DNA of 64,000 nt from Nitrospinaceae bacterium (GTDB lineage Bacteria > Nitrospinota > Nitrospinia > Nitrospinales > Nitrospinaceae). The notes under the pieces were generated by a model. It did no database searches. It was not told the DNA's origin and saw nothing but the letters and a program-made list of their open reading frames with translations. The stretch's first letter is position 1. The number at the start of each line of letters is the position of its first letter. The translations under genes were made by a program, and so were the position numbers. This document shows positions 53,279 through 63,313 of the stretch, piece by piece. The stretch is taken from assembly GCA_965223665.1 (NCBI GenBank), contig OZ245011.1, forward strand, positions 192,001 through 256,000. Reading direction: 5' to 3'.

Positions 53279-55363
53279 ATGACTTCACAAATTCAAAAGA
53301 TAATGTTGGTACGTCCCAATGAAATGGGAGTAGCACTTGGAATGATAACCATTCTAGTAGTTATGGTGATTCCAATTCCAACTTTTATGTTGGATCTTCT
53401 TTTGTCGTTTAGTTTGACGTTTTCCCTGATTATTTTAATGGTTTCCATTTTTATGCTTGGGCCACTTGAGTTTTCTGTTTTTCCTTCTCTTTTGTTAGTA
53501 GTGACCTTGGTACGTTTATCCTTAAATGTAGCTTCTACACGTATTATTCTTCTTCATGGAAATGAGGGGCCTACAGCAGCAGGGCAAGTCATAAAATCAT
53601 TTGGAGCCTTTGTGGTAGGAGGAAATTATGTTGTTGGTACGGTAATATTCATTATCTTAGTCCTTATCAACTTTATTGTAATTACCAAAGGATCCGTTCG
53701 TACTTCAGAAGTTGCCGCTCGATTCACCTTGGATGCGATACCCGGTAAACAGATGAGCATAGATGCAGATTTGAATGCTGGGATCATTACTGAGCAGGAA
53801 GCACGCCAGCGCCGCCGGACATTAGAGAGAGAAGCGGATTTTTATGGTGCAATGGATGGTTCTATACGGTTTGTCAGAGGAGATGCGATTGCGGGAATTT
53901 TGATTACGATAATTAATGTGCTGGGTGGGTTTGCCATAGGTGTATTTCAACAAGAAATGGCAGTAAATGAAGCCGCAAAAATTTATACGCTATTAACCAT
54001 CGGAGATGGTTTAGTGACGCAACTTCCAGCGTTGGTGGTTTCAACCGCCGCTGGTATAGTGGTTACTCGGGCAACTTCAGAAAAAAATCTCCCTCAAGAA
54101 TTAATATCGCAAATGATAAACAACCCTGCAGCGTTTTCTATTGCTGCGGCCGTTCTCTTTTTCTTCGGACTTATTCCCGGCCTTCCTCATGTTCCTTTTT
54201 TCCTTCTATCCTTCGGAGCAGGAATTATCAGTTATCAATTATTTCGAGAGAGGCAAAAGAAAGAAGTAGTTCAGCAAAAGAAATTGGAAGAAGAAAAGAA
54301 AGCACCGGTTCAAGAAAAAGTGGAATCTATTTTGCCACTGGACATTATGGAATTAGAAGTAGGTTATGAATTGATACCTTTGGTGGATGCGGATCGAAAT
54401 GGCGAATTGCTAGACCGGATTAAATCTATTCGACGTCAATTTGCCTTAGAAATGGGATTTATCGTACCTCCTTTGCATATCAGAGATAATCTGCAATTAA
54501 AATCCAATGAATATGCCATATTAATTAAAGGGGTTGAGATAGCACGTGGGAACATCATGATGGGAAGGTTTTTGGCTATGAGTCCTGGTAAAACGGATCG
54601 TCAAATTGATGGAGTGAAAACTCAGGAGCCTACTTTTGGATTACCGGCTGTTTGGATTACCGGGGCCGCAAAACAAGAAGCTCAAGTTGCGGGATATACG
54701 GTAGTTGACCCTGCAACCGTCATTACCACCCATATAAAGGAAACCATTAAACGGAATGCGTTGGAACTATTAGGCCGTCAAGAAGTTCAGGCTTTAATAG
54801 ATAAATTTAAAGAATCCAACCCCAAGGTTGTAGAGGAATTGATTCCAAATCTTATGAGTTTAGGCAAAGTTCAAAAGGTTCTTCAAAATTTATTAAAAGA
54901 ACAAATATCAATTAGAGATTTACGTTCCATACTTGAGACATTAGCTGATTTTGCACCCAAAGTTGAAGATCCCGACATTTTAACAGAATATGTTCGCCAA
55001 GCTTTAGCAAGACCTATAACAAAGCAATATGCCTCACGTGATGGAAGCTTATCGGTTTTAACATTAGAAAGAAATGTTGAGGATATTATAGAGAAATCTA
55101 TTCAAAAAACTGAGGTTTCTACATTTTTAGCACTTGAACCAACCGTTGCAGAACGGTTGCTTACCAAAATTAAAGAGGCTGTAGAGGGGGTCACTCCCAT
55201 GATAGATTCTACCCCTATTTTACTGTCTTCTCCGATTGTCCGTATGTATCTACGCCGTTTAACAGAAAGGTTCATGCCAGATTTAGTGGTTCTTTCTCAT
55301 AGTGAGATTTTACCAACCGCACAAATTAAGACTCTAAAGGTAGTGACTCTAAATGCGAATTAA
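53279..55363 (+). CDS. flhA: Flagellar export protein FlhA
   Basis: EVAARFTLDA.PGKQMSIDADL, FYGAMDG, IGDGLV.Q.P. Confidence 0.98.
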   Translation: MTSQIQKIMLVRPNEMGVALGMITILVVMVIPIPTFMLDLLLSFSLTFSLIILMVSIFMLGPLEFSVFPSLLLVVTLVRLSLNVASTRIILLHGNEGPTAAGQVIKSFGAFVVGGNYVVGTVIFIILVLINFIVITKGSVRTSEVAARFTLDAIPGKQMSIDADLNAGIITEQEARQRRRTLEREADFYGAMDGSIRFVRGDAIAGILITIINVLGGFAIGVFQQEMAVNEAAKIYTLLTIGDGLVTQLPALVVSTAAGIVVTRATSEKNLPQELISQMINNPAAFSIAAAVLFFFGLIPGLPHVPFFLLSFGAGIISYQLFRERQKKEVVQQKKLEEEKKAPVQEKVESILPLDIMELEVGYELIPLVDADRNGELLDRIKSIRRQFALEMGFIVPPLHIRDNLQLKSNEYAILIKGVEIARGNIMMGRFLAMSPGKTDRQIDGVKTQEPTFGLPAVWITGAAKQEAQVAGYTVVDPATVITTHIKETIKRNALELLGRQEVQALIDKFKESNPKVVEELIPNLMSLGKVQKVLQNLLKEQISIRDLRSILETLADFAPKVEDPDILTEYVRQALARPITKQYASRDGSLSVLTLERNVEDIIEKSIQKTEVSTFLALEPTVAERLLTKIKEAVEGVTPMIDSTPILLSSPIVRMYLRRLTERFMPDLVVLSHSEILPTAQIKTLKVVTLNAN

Positions 55364-56450
55364 AAAATACATTGCAGAAAACTATGTAAAAGCTTTGAAG
55401 AATGTTAAGCAGGAATTGGGGGAAGATGCCTTGGTTCTCTCTACCCGTTCCATTAAATATGACCCAAGTAACGGAGGCCCCCAGAATGCTTCAATGGTTG
55501 AAATTACTGCAGCTATGGAACGGGAAGATTTAAAAGAAAAAACGGTGACATCTACATTTGAGAAAAACACCAATCTTCCAACCGTGTTCGAAGAGCATGA
55601 TGAAATTGGAGAGTTGCATACTTTAATTCGGTCTTTGGTGCCTCAAACCGAAAGAGCAAAATCGATTGGTTTGCATAATGGACAATTGAAAATGTTTCAA
55701 AAATTAACCCAAAATGGAATCAATGAGCAATTAGCAGCCCTCGCATTTAAGCAGATCAATCGATATGGGAAAAAAGAGACTTCAATTCCCATTCCTTTAG
55801 AAGAGCAACTGGGAAAATTGATGAAAAAGGGAGTTCGCTGTGGTGGCCCGATTTCACTTAACGAATGGGGACCTAAAATTGTCGCTCTCGTGGGACCCAC
55901 AGGCTCTGGAAAAACAACCACAATTGCCAAATTAGGAGCTGAATTTGCTTTAAAACAAAAAAAGAAAGTTGCCTTCATTTCATTAGATACCTTTAGGCTG
56001 GGTGCGGTTGAGCAATTGCAAATATATGGGGATTTGATGCAAGTGCCTGTAGAAGTTGCTGCAGATCAAAAAGATTTTAATCAATTGATAGAAGATCACT
56101 CAGACAAAGATCTTATTTTAATAGACACTATGGGTCGAAATAACAAGGATGTTCAATATTGTGAAGAATTAATAGAGATTTTTAAAACCGTTTCAAACAT
56201 TGAAATTCATTTGGTTCAAAGTGTGACCTCTCAAGAGCAGGTCATGGAAAAAACAATTAAGCAATTTTCTGGTTTAAATGTGGACCGTTTATTGTTCACC
56301 AAACTAGATGAAGGAGTAAATTTTGGACTTTTATTCAATGTTTCTGTGCGTTTTAAAGTTCCTTTTTCTTACTTTACCACTGGACAAAGGGTTCCAGAAG
56401 ATATTGAAATTGCAGGGCAAACCAAGGTAATTCGTTTGATTTTTAATTAA
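55353..56450 (+). CDS. flhF: Flagellar SRP-type GTPase FlhF
   Basis: GPTGSGKTTT.AKL, DTFR, DT.G, TKLDE, GQRVPEDI. Confidence 0.95.
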   Translation: MRIKKYIAENYVKALKNVKQELGEDALVLSTRSIKYDPSNGGPQNASMVEITAAMEREDLKEKTVTSTFEKNTNLPTVFEEHDEIGELHTLIRSLVPQTERAKSIGLHNGQLKMFQKLTQNGINEQLAALAFKQINRYGKKETSIPIPLEEQLGKLMKKGVRCGGPISLNEWGPKIVALVGPTGSGKTTTIAKLGAEFALKQKKKVAFISLDTFRLGAVEQLQIYGDLMQVPVEVAADQKDFNQLIEDHSDKDLILIDTMGRNNKDVQYCEELIEIFKTVSNIEIHLVQSVTSQEQVMEKTIKQFSGLNVDRLLFTKLDEGVNFGLLFNVSVRFKVPFSYFTTGQRVPEDIEIAGQTKVIRLIFN

Positions 56451-56490
56451 TTTAGGCTTACATTAAATTATAGCCTCATCAAAAGAGAAT

Positions 56491-57369
56491 ATGCGACAAG
56501 TAGCTTCAACAGGCCAGCAGGCTAATACATTAAAAAGGATGGTTAAGTCCGGTTCAATATCTCAACCCCCAAAAGTTTTAGCGGTGAGCAGTGGAAAAGG
56601 AGGGGTCGGCAAAACCAGTTTAGTAGCAAATTTAGCATACGAATTAGGTAGTCAGGGGTTCAAAGTTCTAATATTCGATGCAGATATTGGTTTAAATAAT
56701 ATTGATATTCTTTTAGGGTTAGCTTCCCCTTATCATATTGGGCATGTTTTGTCAGGGGAAAAGAAACTAGAAGAAGTAATCATCCAAGGTCCAAAAAAAG
56801 TGGATGTACTTCCGGCAAGTAATGGATGGCAAGAATTAACCACTTTGGATAATGAAAAAAAAATGGTCCTTATGGATAAATTGGACCAGATAAGTTTTAA
56901 ATATGATTTTATTATTTTTGATACAGGAGCGGGAATATCTTCTAACGTAACTTACTTTTGTAGCGCTGCTCATGAAATTATTTTAGTGGCGACAACAGAA
57001 CCCACTTCTCATACGGATGTTTATGCTCTTATGAAGGTGCTCTTTCAGAATCATCATCAAAAAAGATTTCGGCTGATTGTGAATTCTGTTAAAAGTGAAA
57101 GAGAAGCCAAAGAAGTATTTCAAAGATTATCCAACGTGGTTGATCGATTTTTAACTCACGTTTCAATAGATTATTTGGGGTTTGTTCCTTACGACCCAAA
57201 TGTATCCAGGGCAGTTCGCCAGCAAAAAGCTATTTTAGAGCTCTATCCACATTCTACTATCTGCAAAGGACTACAAAAATTATGCGCTAAATTGATAAAG
57301 GAGCGTAATTTATCACCAGAATCAAGTGATAGTCCATTTCTTTGGAATCAGGTGTTTCAAGTACAATGA
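56491..57369 (+). CDS. flhG: MinD-like ATPase FlhG/FleN
   Basis: SGKGGVGKT, DADIGL.N, DTGAGIS, EPTS.TD.YAL.K. Confidence 0.93.
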   Translation: MRQVASTGQQANTLKRMVKSGSISQPPKVLAVSSGKGGVGKTSLVANLAYELGSQGFKVLIFDADIGLNNIDILLGLASPYHIGHVLSGEKKLEEVIIQGPKKVDVLPASNGWQELTTLDNEKKMVLMDKLDQISFKYDFIIFDTGAGISSNVTYFCSAAHEIILVATTEPTSHTDVYALMKVLFQNHHQKRFRLIVNSVKSEREAKEVFQRLSNVVDRFLTHVSIDYLGFVPYDPNVSRAVRQQKAILELYPHSTICKGLQKLCAKLIKERNLSPESSDSPFLWNQVFQVQ

Positions 57370-57626
57370 ATGATTTAGTTGTAAAAAAAGTTACATTGTT
57401 ATTTGCATTATTTGCATTTTCATTTATTACTGTAGGTAGTTGGGTTTATGGTGCTCAAATTGGAACTGCCATATTTAGAGGAGTGGAAGGATTTGCAATT
57501 TTTGGGTTATTGGCATGGCTGGTAGGTAAACGTTTGATGGCAACAAATTTTGAAAACTATGATATGCCGGAAGCCCTGCCGGATGACTCTGAAAAAAATG
57601 AAGAGAATATTGATAAATCAGCATAA
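57366..57626 (+). CDS. Hypothetical two-TM protein with acidic tail
   Basis: ATGA overlap with the flhG stop; two hydrophobic segments. Confidence 0.7.
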   Translation: MNDLVVKKVTLLFALFAFSFITVGSWVYGAQIGTAIFRGVEGFAIFGLLAWLVGKRLMATNFENYDMPEALPDDSEKNEENIDKSA

Positions 57627-57641
57627 CTTAGTGGAAAATTC

Positions 57642-58403
57642 ATGATTCAAAAACCTCAGGCCCCAGAAGCAGTTGAAATTTGCCCAGAGAATACTGAAGA
57701 AATAATTAAGGTATATTCTCCAATGATCAAATATGTTGCTAATAGAATCGCTCTTCGTCTGCCACCTCATATTGAAGTGGATGACTTAATCAGTGTTGGA
57801 GTCCTTGGACTTATAGATGCCATAGAAAAATATGACCCCACTCGCGGGGCTAAGTTTAAAACCTATGCAGAATTTCGAGTTCGCGGATCCATCCTGGATG
57901 AGTTGAGATCTTTGGATTGGGTTCCACGATCGGTTCGACAGAAGGCAGCAAATATGGAGGCTGTTACACAAAGACTTCAAGCACGGTTTGGACGCCCTCC
58001 TGAGGACGAAGAAATGGCAGAAGAAATGGGTGTTAGTTTGGAAGACTTTTTTGAAACATTAAATGAAACCCGTAGTATGCCTATCATTAGCTTGGATGAC
58101 TTAGGAATAAATAAAGAATCAGGTGAACAACAAAGTTTAATTGAGTGCTTAGCAGGAAAAGGGGATGTAGACCCTCAAACTCAGATTCGTCTAAATGAGC
58201 TTAAGCACATTATTGCAACTGCAATTGATTCCCTGCCGGAAAAAGAAAGATTGATGATTTCTTTATATTATTACGAAGAGCTTACGATGAAGGAAATTGG
58301 GGAAGTGCTAGGTATTACCGAATCCCGTGTTTCGCAAATTCATTCAAAAGCAGTCTTACGTTTAAGGACAAAATTAAAATCTCTTATTGCTGAAGAGGTA
58401 TGA
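57642..58403 (+). CDS. fliA: Flagellar sigma factor sigma28
   Basis: DELRSLDWVPRS, LYYYEELTMKEIG.VL..TESRVSQ.H. Confidence 0.96.
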   Translation: MIQKPQAPEAVEICPENTEEIIKVYSPMIKYVANRIALRLPPHIEVDDLISVGVLGLIDAIEKYDPTRGAKFKTYAEFRVRGSILDELRSLDWVPRSVRQKAANMEAVTQRLQARFGRPPEDEEMAEEMGVSLEDFFETLNETRSMPIISLDDLGINKESGEQQSLIECLAGKGDVDPQTQIRLNELKHIIATAIDSLPEKERLMISLYYYEELTMKEIGEVLGITESRVSQIHSKAVLRLRTKLKSLIAEEV

Positions 58404-58404
58404 T

Positions 58405-59487
58405 TTATAACTGGTTTTTAAAAATCTTGTTTAGGCAATTTGGATTAGGATGCATATAGTCATAAAATTCGGTTGGAAGGTACGCCATCTTTTTGGGACG
58501 GTAGCTCCCAAAAATTTTTATCCCCAATTCATTTGCTATTAAGTTAACTTTCTTTTCTACGTTTTCTAAATAAATAGAAAATTTGCGATATTTTTCTTTA
58601 AAACTATTATGATGATAAGGAGTAAGAACAAAGTAAATTTTTATATTCTTCTTAATATTTCTAAGAAAACTTTTGAATTGACGAATTAAGTTTTCATCAA
58701 AATATTTCCCATAAATTTTGTAGCTAGGTTTTTTTTCGTAATTCTTATTAGTCTTATTCTTTTCTAAATAATCCTTTGTATATTGATGACTTCCATCTTT
58801 GAGTTTGCAGGGTATATTGCAGGGATGAAATAAAGGATTTTTGACCAACTTTTGATACTGAAGCTTGGAAGAAGATTCGAAACTTAAGCCTTCACGCTTT
58901 ATATACCTATACGTGTGAAGAGAATATTCGAAATTTAGTAGATTTAATAAAAGGTTGGAGTTAATAGCAGTCTTTTTAAAATTAGGTTTATTGATTTTAT
59001 TTTTAATCAAAAAAGAATTTAGTATGTCGGTATTTATTGTATATCTTTTGTCCATATCCCATTTCAGTGTCCATGGGTCTATGCCTAATAATAGTTTTTT
59101 AGGAAGTTTGTTGTTTTTGTAAAGTATTTCATAAAAAATAAATAGATCTTCAATTGATCCACCACTTACTCCTAAGTTTAAGAAGCTTTTACACAGATTT
59201 TTTAAATATGACCCTCTTAATATACTTAATTGCATAATATGACTAGAGCCAATTGCAATGCAATCTTGTGGTTTGGAATTTTTAGCTAAAAGTGTTGCCA
59301 AGTAACGTTCATTTCCTTTCCAAGATATGCCGTATTTGGATTTATTAAAGACCTCAAAAACCTTGCCACCGGAATTTTTTAAAAAGTAAATTCTTCCCGG
59401 ATCAATAAAGTAATTTAACGTTGCAATTAAGGTAAGAGAAAAGACGACAATTAAAATAAATGAGAAAATAAAGTTTTTGTTTTGCAT
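58405..59487 (-). CDS. Membrane-anchored SGNH/DltD-like protein (MBOAT partner)
   Basis: N-terminal TM then NYFIDP; IGSSH, NLGVSGG, LTPYH, FYDYMHP (DxxH). Confidence 0.65.
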   Translation of the reverse strand: MQNKNFIFSFILIVVFSLTLIATLNYFIDPGRIYFLKNSGGKVFEVFNKSKYGISWKGNERYLATLLAKNSKPQDCIAIGSSHIMQLSILRGSYLKNLCKSFLNLGVSGGSIEDLFIFYEILYKNNKLPKKLLLGIDPWTLKWDMDKRYTINTDILNSFLIKNKINKPNFKKTAINSNLLLNLLNFEYSLHTYRYIKREGLSFESSSKLQYQKLVKNPLFHPCNIPCKLKDGSHQYTKDYLEKNKTNKNYEKKPSYKIYGKYFDENLIRQFKSFLRNIKKNIKIYFVLTPYHHNSFKEKYRKFSIYLENVEKKVNLIANELGIKIFGSYRPKKMAYLPTEFYDYMHPNPNCLNKIFKNQL

Positions 59488-59493
59488 AAGATT

Positions 59494-60942
59494 TTAAAAT
59501 TGAAAATATAAAAATTCGCTTTCTCTCGAAATAAATAAAATAGCCAATGAAAACATTAAGGCAACAATAATCGCCGAATACCACTTTTCTCTTAAAATAG
59601 ATGTTGCTTTTTGAGAATTTGGAAAGAGAAAGCTTATTAGAGCCGCAAATATTAATAAATTCATAATATATTTTGTCGGTTCATTTCCTTTTATTTTGTA
59701 GATCCATTGATTATCCATACATAAAGCCTTTTCCATAAAAAATTTGCACAACTTTGGAGGCCAATTAAACTCATTTGCTCCTACCATTGAGGATATGATA
59801 TCTTTTGCTCTTTCGATATTTGGTGCTCTAAAAAAGACCCAAGAAATATGTACATATAGAAAGGTGATAAAAATAGAAAAATAAATAGGAAGTTTTAATT
59901 TAAAAAAATTCCATAAATTAAAAATGATTAGCCCTATCCCATGCAATAAGCCCCAAACTAAAAAACTCCATCCAGCTCCATGCCAAATTCCTCCAATTAG
60001 ACAGGTGACTAAAATGTTAAGTAAGTTTTGATAATCTCTCCCTCTATTTCCCCCTAAGGGAATATAAATATAATCTCTTAACCACCTACCCAATGTTATG
60101 TGCCAATTCCTCCAAAATTCTTGAATATTTCTTGATTTGTAGGGAGAGTTAAAATTAATGGGAATTTTTATGTTAAATAATAGAGCAGATCCAATAGCCA
60201 TATCGGAATATCCGGAAAAATCAAAGTAAAGTTGAAATGTATAAGATAAAGTTGTAACCCAAGATTCAAAAAAGTCCAATTGCGTATTAAAATCGAATCC
60301 ATTCGAAACATATTTAGAAAATGAGTCAGCGATAACAGTCTTTTTAAAAAGACCAATTGTAAATATTGTGATTCCATTTCTGATATTTTGGCTGTTTATC
60401 TTTAGATTTTCACGTGAGGAAAATTGAGGCATCATTTCTTTATGATGGACTATCGGACCTGCAATTAGTTGGGGAAAGAAAGATACAAATAAGCTATAAG
60501 AACTTAAATCGTATTCGTGAGTAACTCCTTTGTAGGAGTGAACCAAATAAGCTATTTGTTGAAAGGTAAAAAAACTAATTGCTAGGGGTAAAGTTGTAGT
60601 AACATTTTCAATAATGTTTAGGGAGATCAGAGAGTTGATATTGTCTATTATAAAATTGAAATATTTGAAAAATATTAAAGGAAATAAGTTTAATAATATT
60701 CCTATCGTCAGTAAATTTTTATTGCCTTGATTCGAAAGTCTTTTTCCAATGAAATAATTTAGGTAAATAGAGATTAAAAGTAAGGGGAGAAACTTCGGAT
60801 TCCAATACGAGTAAAATATATATGAAGATAGAACCAGAAAATTAATGGATAGTTTTTCATTAACCCTTGTTTGTAATAAAAAATAGACTAATAAAATGGA
60901 GGGTAAAAAAATAAAGATGTATAGGTAAGAATTGAAAAGCAT
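59494..60942 (-). CDS. MBOAT O-acyltransferase (AlgI/PatA/DltB-like)
   Basis: MLFNS, LPLAISFFTFQ, FFPQLIAGPI, YFDFSGYSDMA, FWRNWHITL, GIWHGAGW, FLYFQF. Confidence 0.93.
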   Translation of the reverse strand: MLFNSYLYIFIFLPSILLVYFLLQTRVNEKLSINFLVLSSYIFYSYWNPKFLPLLLISIYLNYFIGKRLSNQGNKNLLTIGILLNLFPLIFFKYFNFIIDNINSLISLNIIENVTTTLPLAISFFTFQQIAYLVHSYKGVTHEYDLSSYSLFVSFFPQLIAGPIVHHKEMMPQFSSRENLKINSQNIRNGITIFTIGLFKKTVIADSFSKYVSNGFDFNTQLDFFESWVTTLSYTFQLYFDFSGYSDMAIGSALLFNIKIPINFNSPYKSRNIQEFWRNWHITLGRWLRDYIYIPLGGNRGRDYQNLLNILVTCLIGGIWHGAGWSFLVWGLLHGIGLIIFNLWNFFKLKLPIYFSIFITFLYVHISWVFFRAPNIERAKDIISSMVGANEFNWPPKLCKFFMEKALCMDNQWIYKIKGNEPTKYIMNLLIFAALISFLFPNSQKATSILREKWYSAIIVALMFSLAILFISRESEFLYFQF

Positions 60943-61028
60943 TTTTTAGCTTATAAATATAGCTTCTGAATGATTGGAAATAATTTAGATTAATAAGCGA
61001 TTTTAACTGAAAGTCTTTAGTTAACCAC

Positions 61029-61979
61029 TTAAGTCTTATAAATATTATTTTCTTTATCTTCTTTTTTAGGTCGTGATTTCCACCTTCTATGAAACCACAT
61101 CCAGGGTTCTGGTTGCCCTTTAATAATTTTCTCAATATATAACTCGCACTCCTGCGTCCACCGATAAATATCCTCTTCTTTATTACCTGTCTTTTCTAGA
61201 TTTAACCTGGGACCATATTGAACTTTATATTTACCCTCCTCTTTGGGATAGCAAAACATGGGAATGATGGGTGCCTCGGTTTTATAACTTAGAGTGGCCA
61301 ATGCTCTGGGGGTGGAAGCCATTTTCCCAAAAAAATTAACAAACATTCCTCCATCACCCCCATTTTGATCCATCATGATGGCTACACTACAGTTATTTTT
61401 TACTGCCCGAACCATTTTTCTGGGTGATTCATTTTTATGAAAAATTCCATTTCCAGAGATGGTACGTAAATTCATAATTAGTTTCTCGAGAAATGGGTTG
61501 TCCAATTTGCGAGCAATAGAGTTTAATTGACAGACATTAAGATAGCCATGATACAATCCCATTATCTCCCAATTCCCATAATGAGCTGTTAAAAAGAAAA
61601 TGCCTTTGCCTTCACTGACGCAGGATTTTATTTCATCCAATCCCTTAGGCTCAGTATCAATTAATTGGTGAACTCTTCTCTCTGGATATTTCATTACCCA
61701 AATGCATTGAAAAGTAGAAATAGCCATTTGGAGAAATGATTGTTTGATTATTCGATTTTTCTCTACCAATGTCTTTGAATCCCCAAAAGCAATATCTAAA
61801 TTAATTCTGGCAATGTGTCTGCGTTTTTTAGCTAAGTGATAAAAAAGAGTTCCAGCTTTTTTGCCGAGTTCAAAGACACTCCTAGCCGATAGCCATTGGA
61901 TAGGTTTGCATAAAATTAAAAACAAAAGATATTCAAAAAAGTATCTTATTTTTTTTGGAAATGTTTGCCGGGGATCCAA
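61029..61979 (-). CDS. Lipid A late acyltransferase (LpxL/HtrB family)
   Basis: TAHYGNWE, MMDQ, VNFFG, PEPWMWFHRRWK. Confidence 0.9.
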   Translation of the reverse strand: MDPRQTFPKKIRYFFEYLLFLILCKPIQWLSARSVFELGKKAGTLFYHLAKKRRHIARINLDIAFGDSKTLVEKNRIIKQSFLQMAISTFQCIWVMKYPERRVHQLIDTEPKGLDEIKSCVSEGKGIFFLTAHYGNWEIMGLYHGYLNVCQLNSIARKLDNPFLEKLIMNLRTISGNGIFHKNESPRKMVRAVKNNCSVAIMMDQNGGDGGMFVNFFGKMASTPRALATLSYKTEAPIIPMFCYPKEEGKYKVQYGPRLNLEKTGNKEEDIYRWTQECELYIEKIIKGQPEPWMWFHRRWKSRPKKEDKENNIYKT

Positions 61980-62024
61980 TTCAGAGCCTGATTAAGTGTG
62001 ATTGGGAAAATAGATAGAATTTGT

Positions 62025-62405
62025 TCAATTAGATTCAGCGATCGCTTGAGCGATGGCATATACCTTATCGTGTGAAATTGAAATATGGATATTCTTTAGA
62101 TTGAGGGTGTCAAAAATTTCCTTCCCTTTACCGGTAAGATATAAAATAGGTCTGCCTGAAGATTCGTTAACGATTTCGATATCTTTCCAATTGATTCCCT
62201 GTGCCATACCTGTTCCTAAAGATTTTAAAACTGCCTCCTTGGCGGCAAATCGTGCTGCAAAATGATTACCAGGATTGGGTCGTGATTGGCAATACTTGAC
62301 CTCATTTTTGGTGAAAATTTTATGTGTAAATCGTTCTGCATGCTTTTCCAGCATTTTTTGAATTCTGGCAATTTCGATAATATCTAATCCTATTCCAAAA
62401 ATCAT
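62025..62405 (-). CDS. acpS: Holo-ACP synthase
   Basis: GIGLDIIE, ARFAAKEA..KSLGTG, ISISHD. Confidence 0.96.
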   Translation of the reverse strand: MIFGIGLDIIEIARIQKMLEKHAERFTHKIFTKNEVKYCQSRPNPGNHFAARFAAKEAVLKSLGTGMAQGINWKDIEIVNESSGRPILYLTGKGKEIFDTLNLKNIHISISHDKVYAIAQAIAESN

Positions 62406-62482
62406 GAACGAGATCCAACTACAAAATTAAAGGTTTCTAAAATATAAAAAAGCCTCTCAAAAATGTAAAGATTGATTTCCAC

Positions 62483-63139
62483 TTAAACCTTTTTACATTT
62501 ATAGCCTAATGTGGATTCAATTTTAGAAATTGGTAGCGCTCCTTCACGTATTATTTGAGGAGGATGAACAGTTGGGTCTAAAACTGTTGAAGGCAACCCA
62601 CCTGCCGTGGGTCCATTATCCAGGATTAGATCTAATTGGTTTTTTAAAGTTTCTTGAATTTCACCCACGATTTTAGGATTTTTTGTCCCGCTAAGGTTTG
62701 CACTGGAAGCGGTAAGAGCATGTCCTAAAAACTTTAATATATCCACAACTGTTTTTTCCTTGGGAAACCGAACACCTACTTTACCCGTTCCACTTGTAAG
62801 GTTTTCGGGCAATTCGGCAGCTGCCTTAAACAAAAGTGTTAATGGACCGGGCCAAAATGCCTCCATTAATTTCCGACCTGTTTCAGAAATTTCACTAGTT
62901 AATGGAGTAAGGTGACTCAGTTCTCCTATTAATACTAGGATGGGTTTGTTGTCCAATCTCTCTTTTAATTTAAATAGTTTAGATATTGATTGCTCAAGCA
63001 AAGGATTAGTTCCAATCCCATAAAAAGTATCTGTAGGTATTGCAATTAATCCTCCAGAGACTATCACATCTTTAATAATTTTAAGTTGGTTTTCCTGGAT
63101 TTTTGATGTTGGAGAATTTAACTTAAGTGTCCTTTGCAT
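62483..63139 (-). CDS. tsaC: L-threonylcarbamoyladenylate synthase (YrdC/Sua5)
   Basis: PTDTFYG, K.R...KP, FWPGPLT, SSANLSG, PST. Confidence 0.92.
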   Translation of the reverse strand: MQRTLKLNSPTSKIQENQLKIIKDVIVSGGLIAIPTDTFYGIGTNPLLEQSISKLFKLKERLDNKPILVLIGELSHLTPLTSEISETGRKLMEAFWPGPLTLLFKAAAELPENLTSGTGKVGVRFPKEKTVVDILKFLGHALTASSANLSGTKNPKIVGEIQETLKNQLDLILDNGPTAGGLPSTVLDPTVHPPQIIREGALPISKIESTLGYKCKKV

Positions 63140-63313
63140 AGGCTGATGGAAGTTTTTTCCTCTTTTAAGCCGGGCTTACTTCTTGTCTTTTGATGGATAT
63201 TGATGTTTTTGTGGTTAATGGAATCTCCTAAATAAATTTAGGTCAACCTGTTTCCAAATAGTGTAGTTTATATTTTATAACAGGGTTGTATCTTTAGTTC
63301 AAGAACCTCATGA

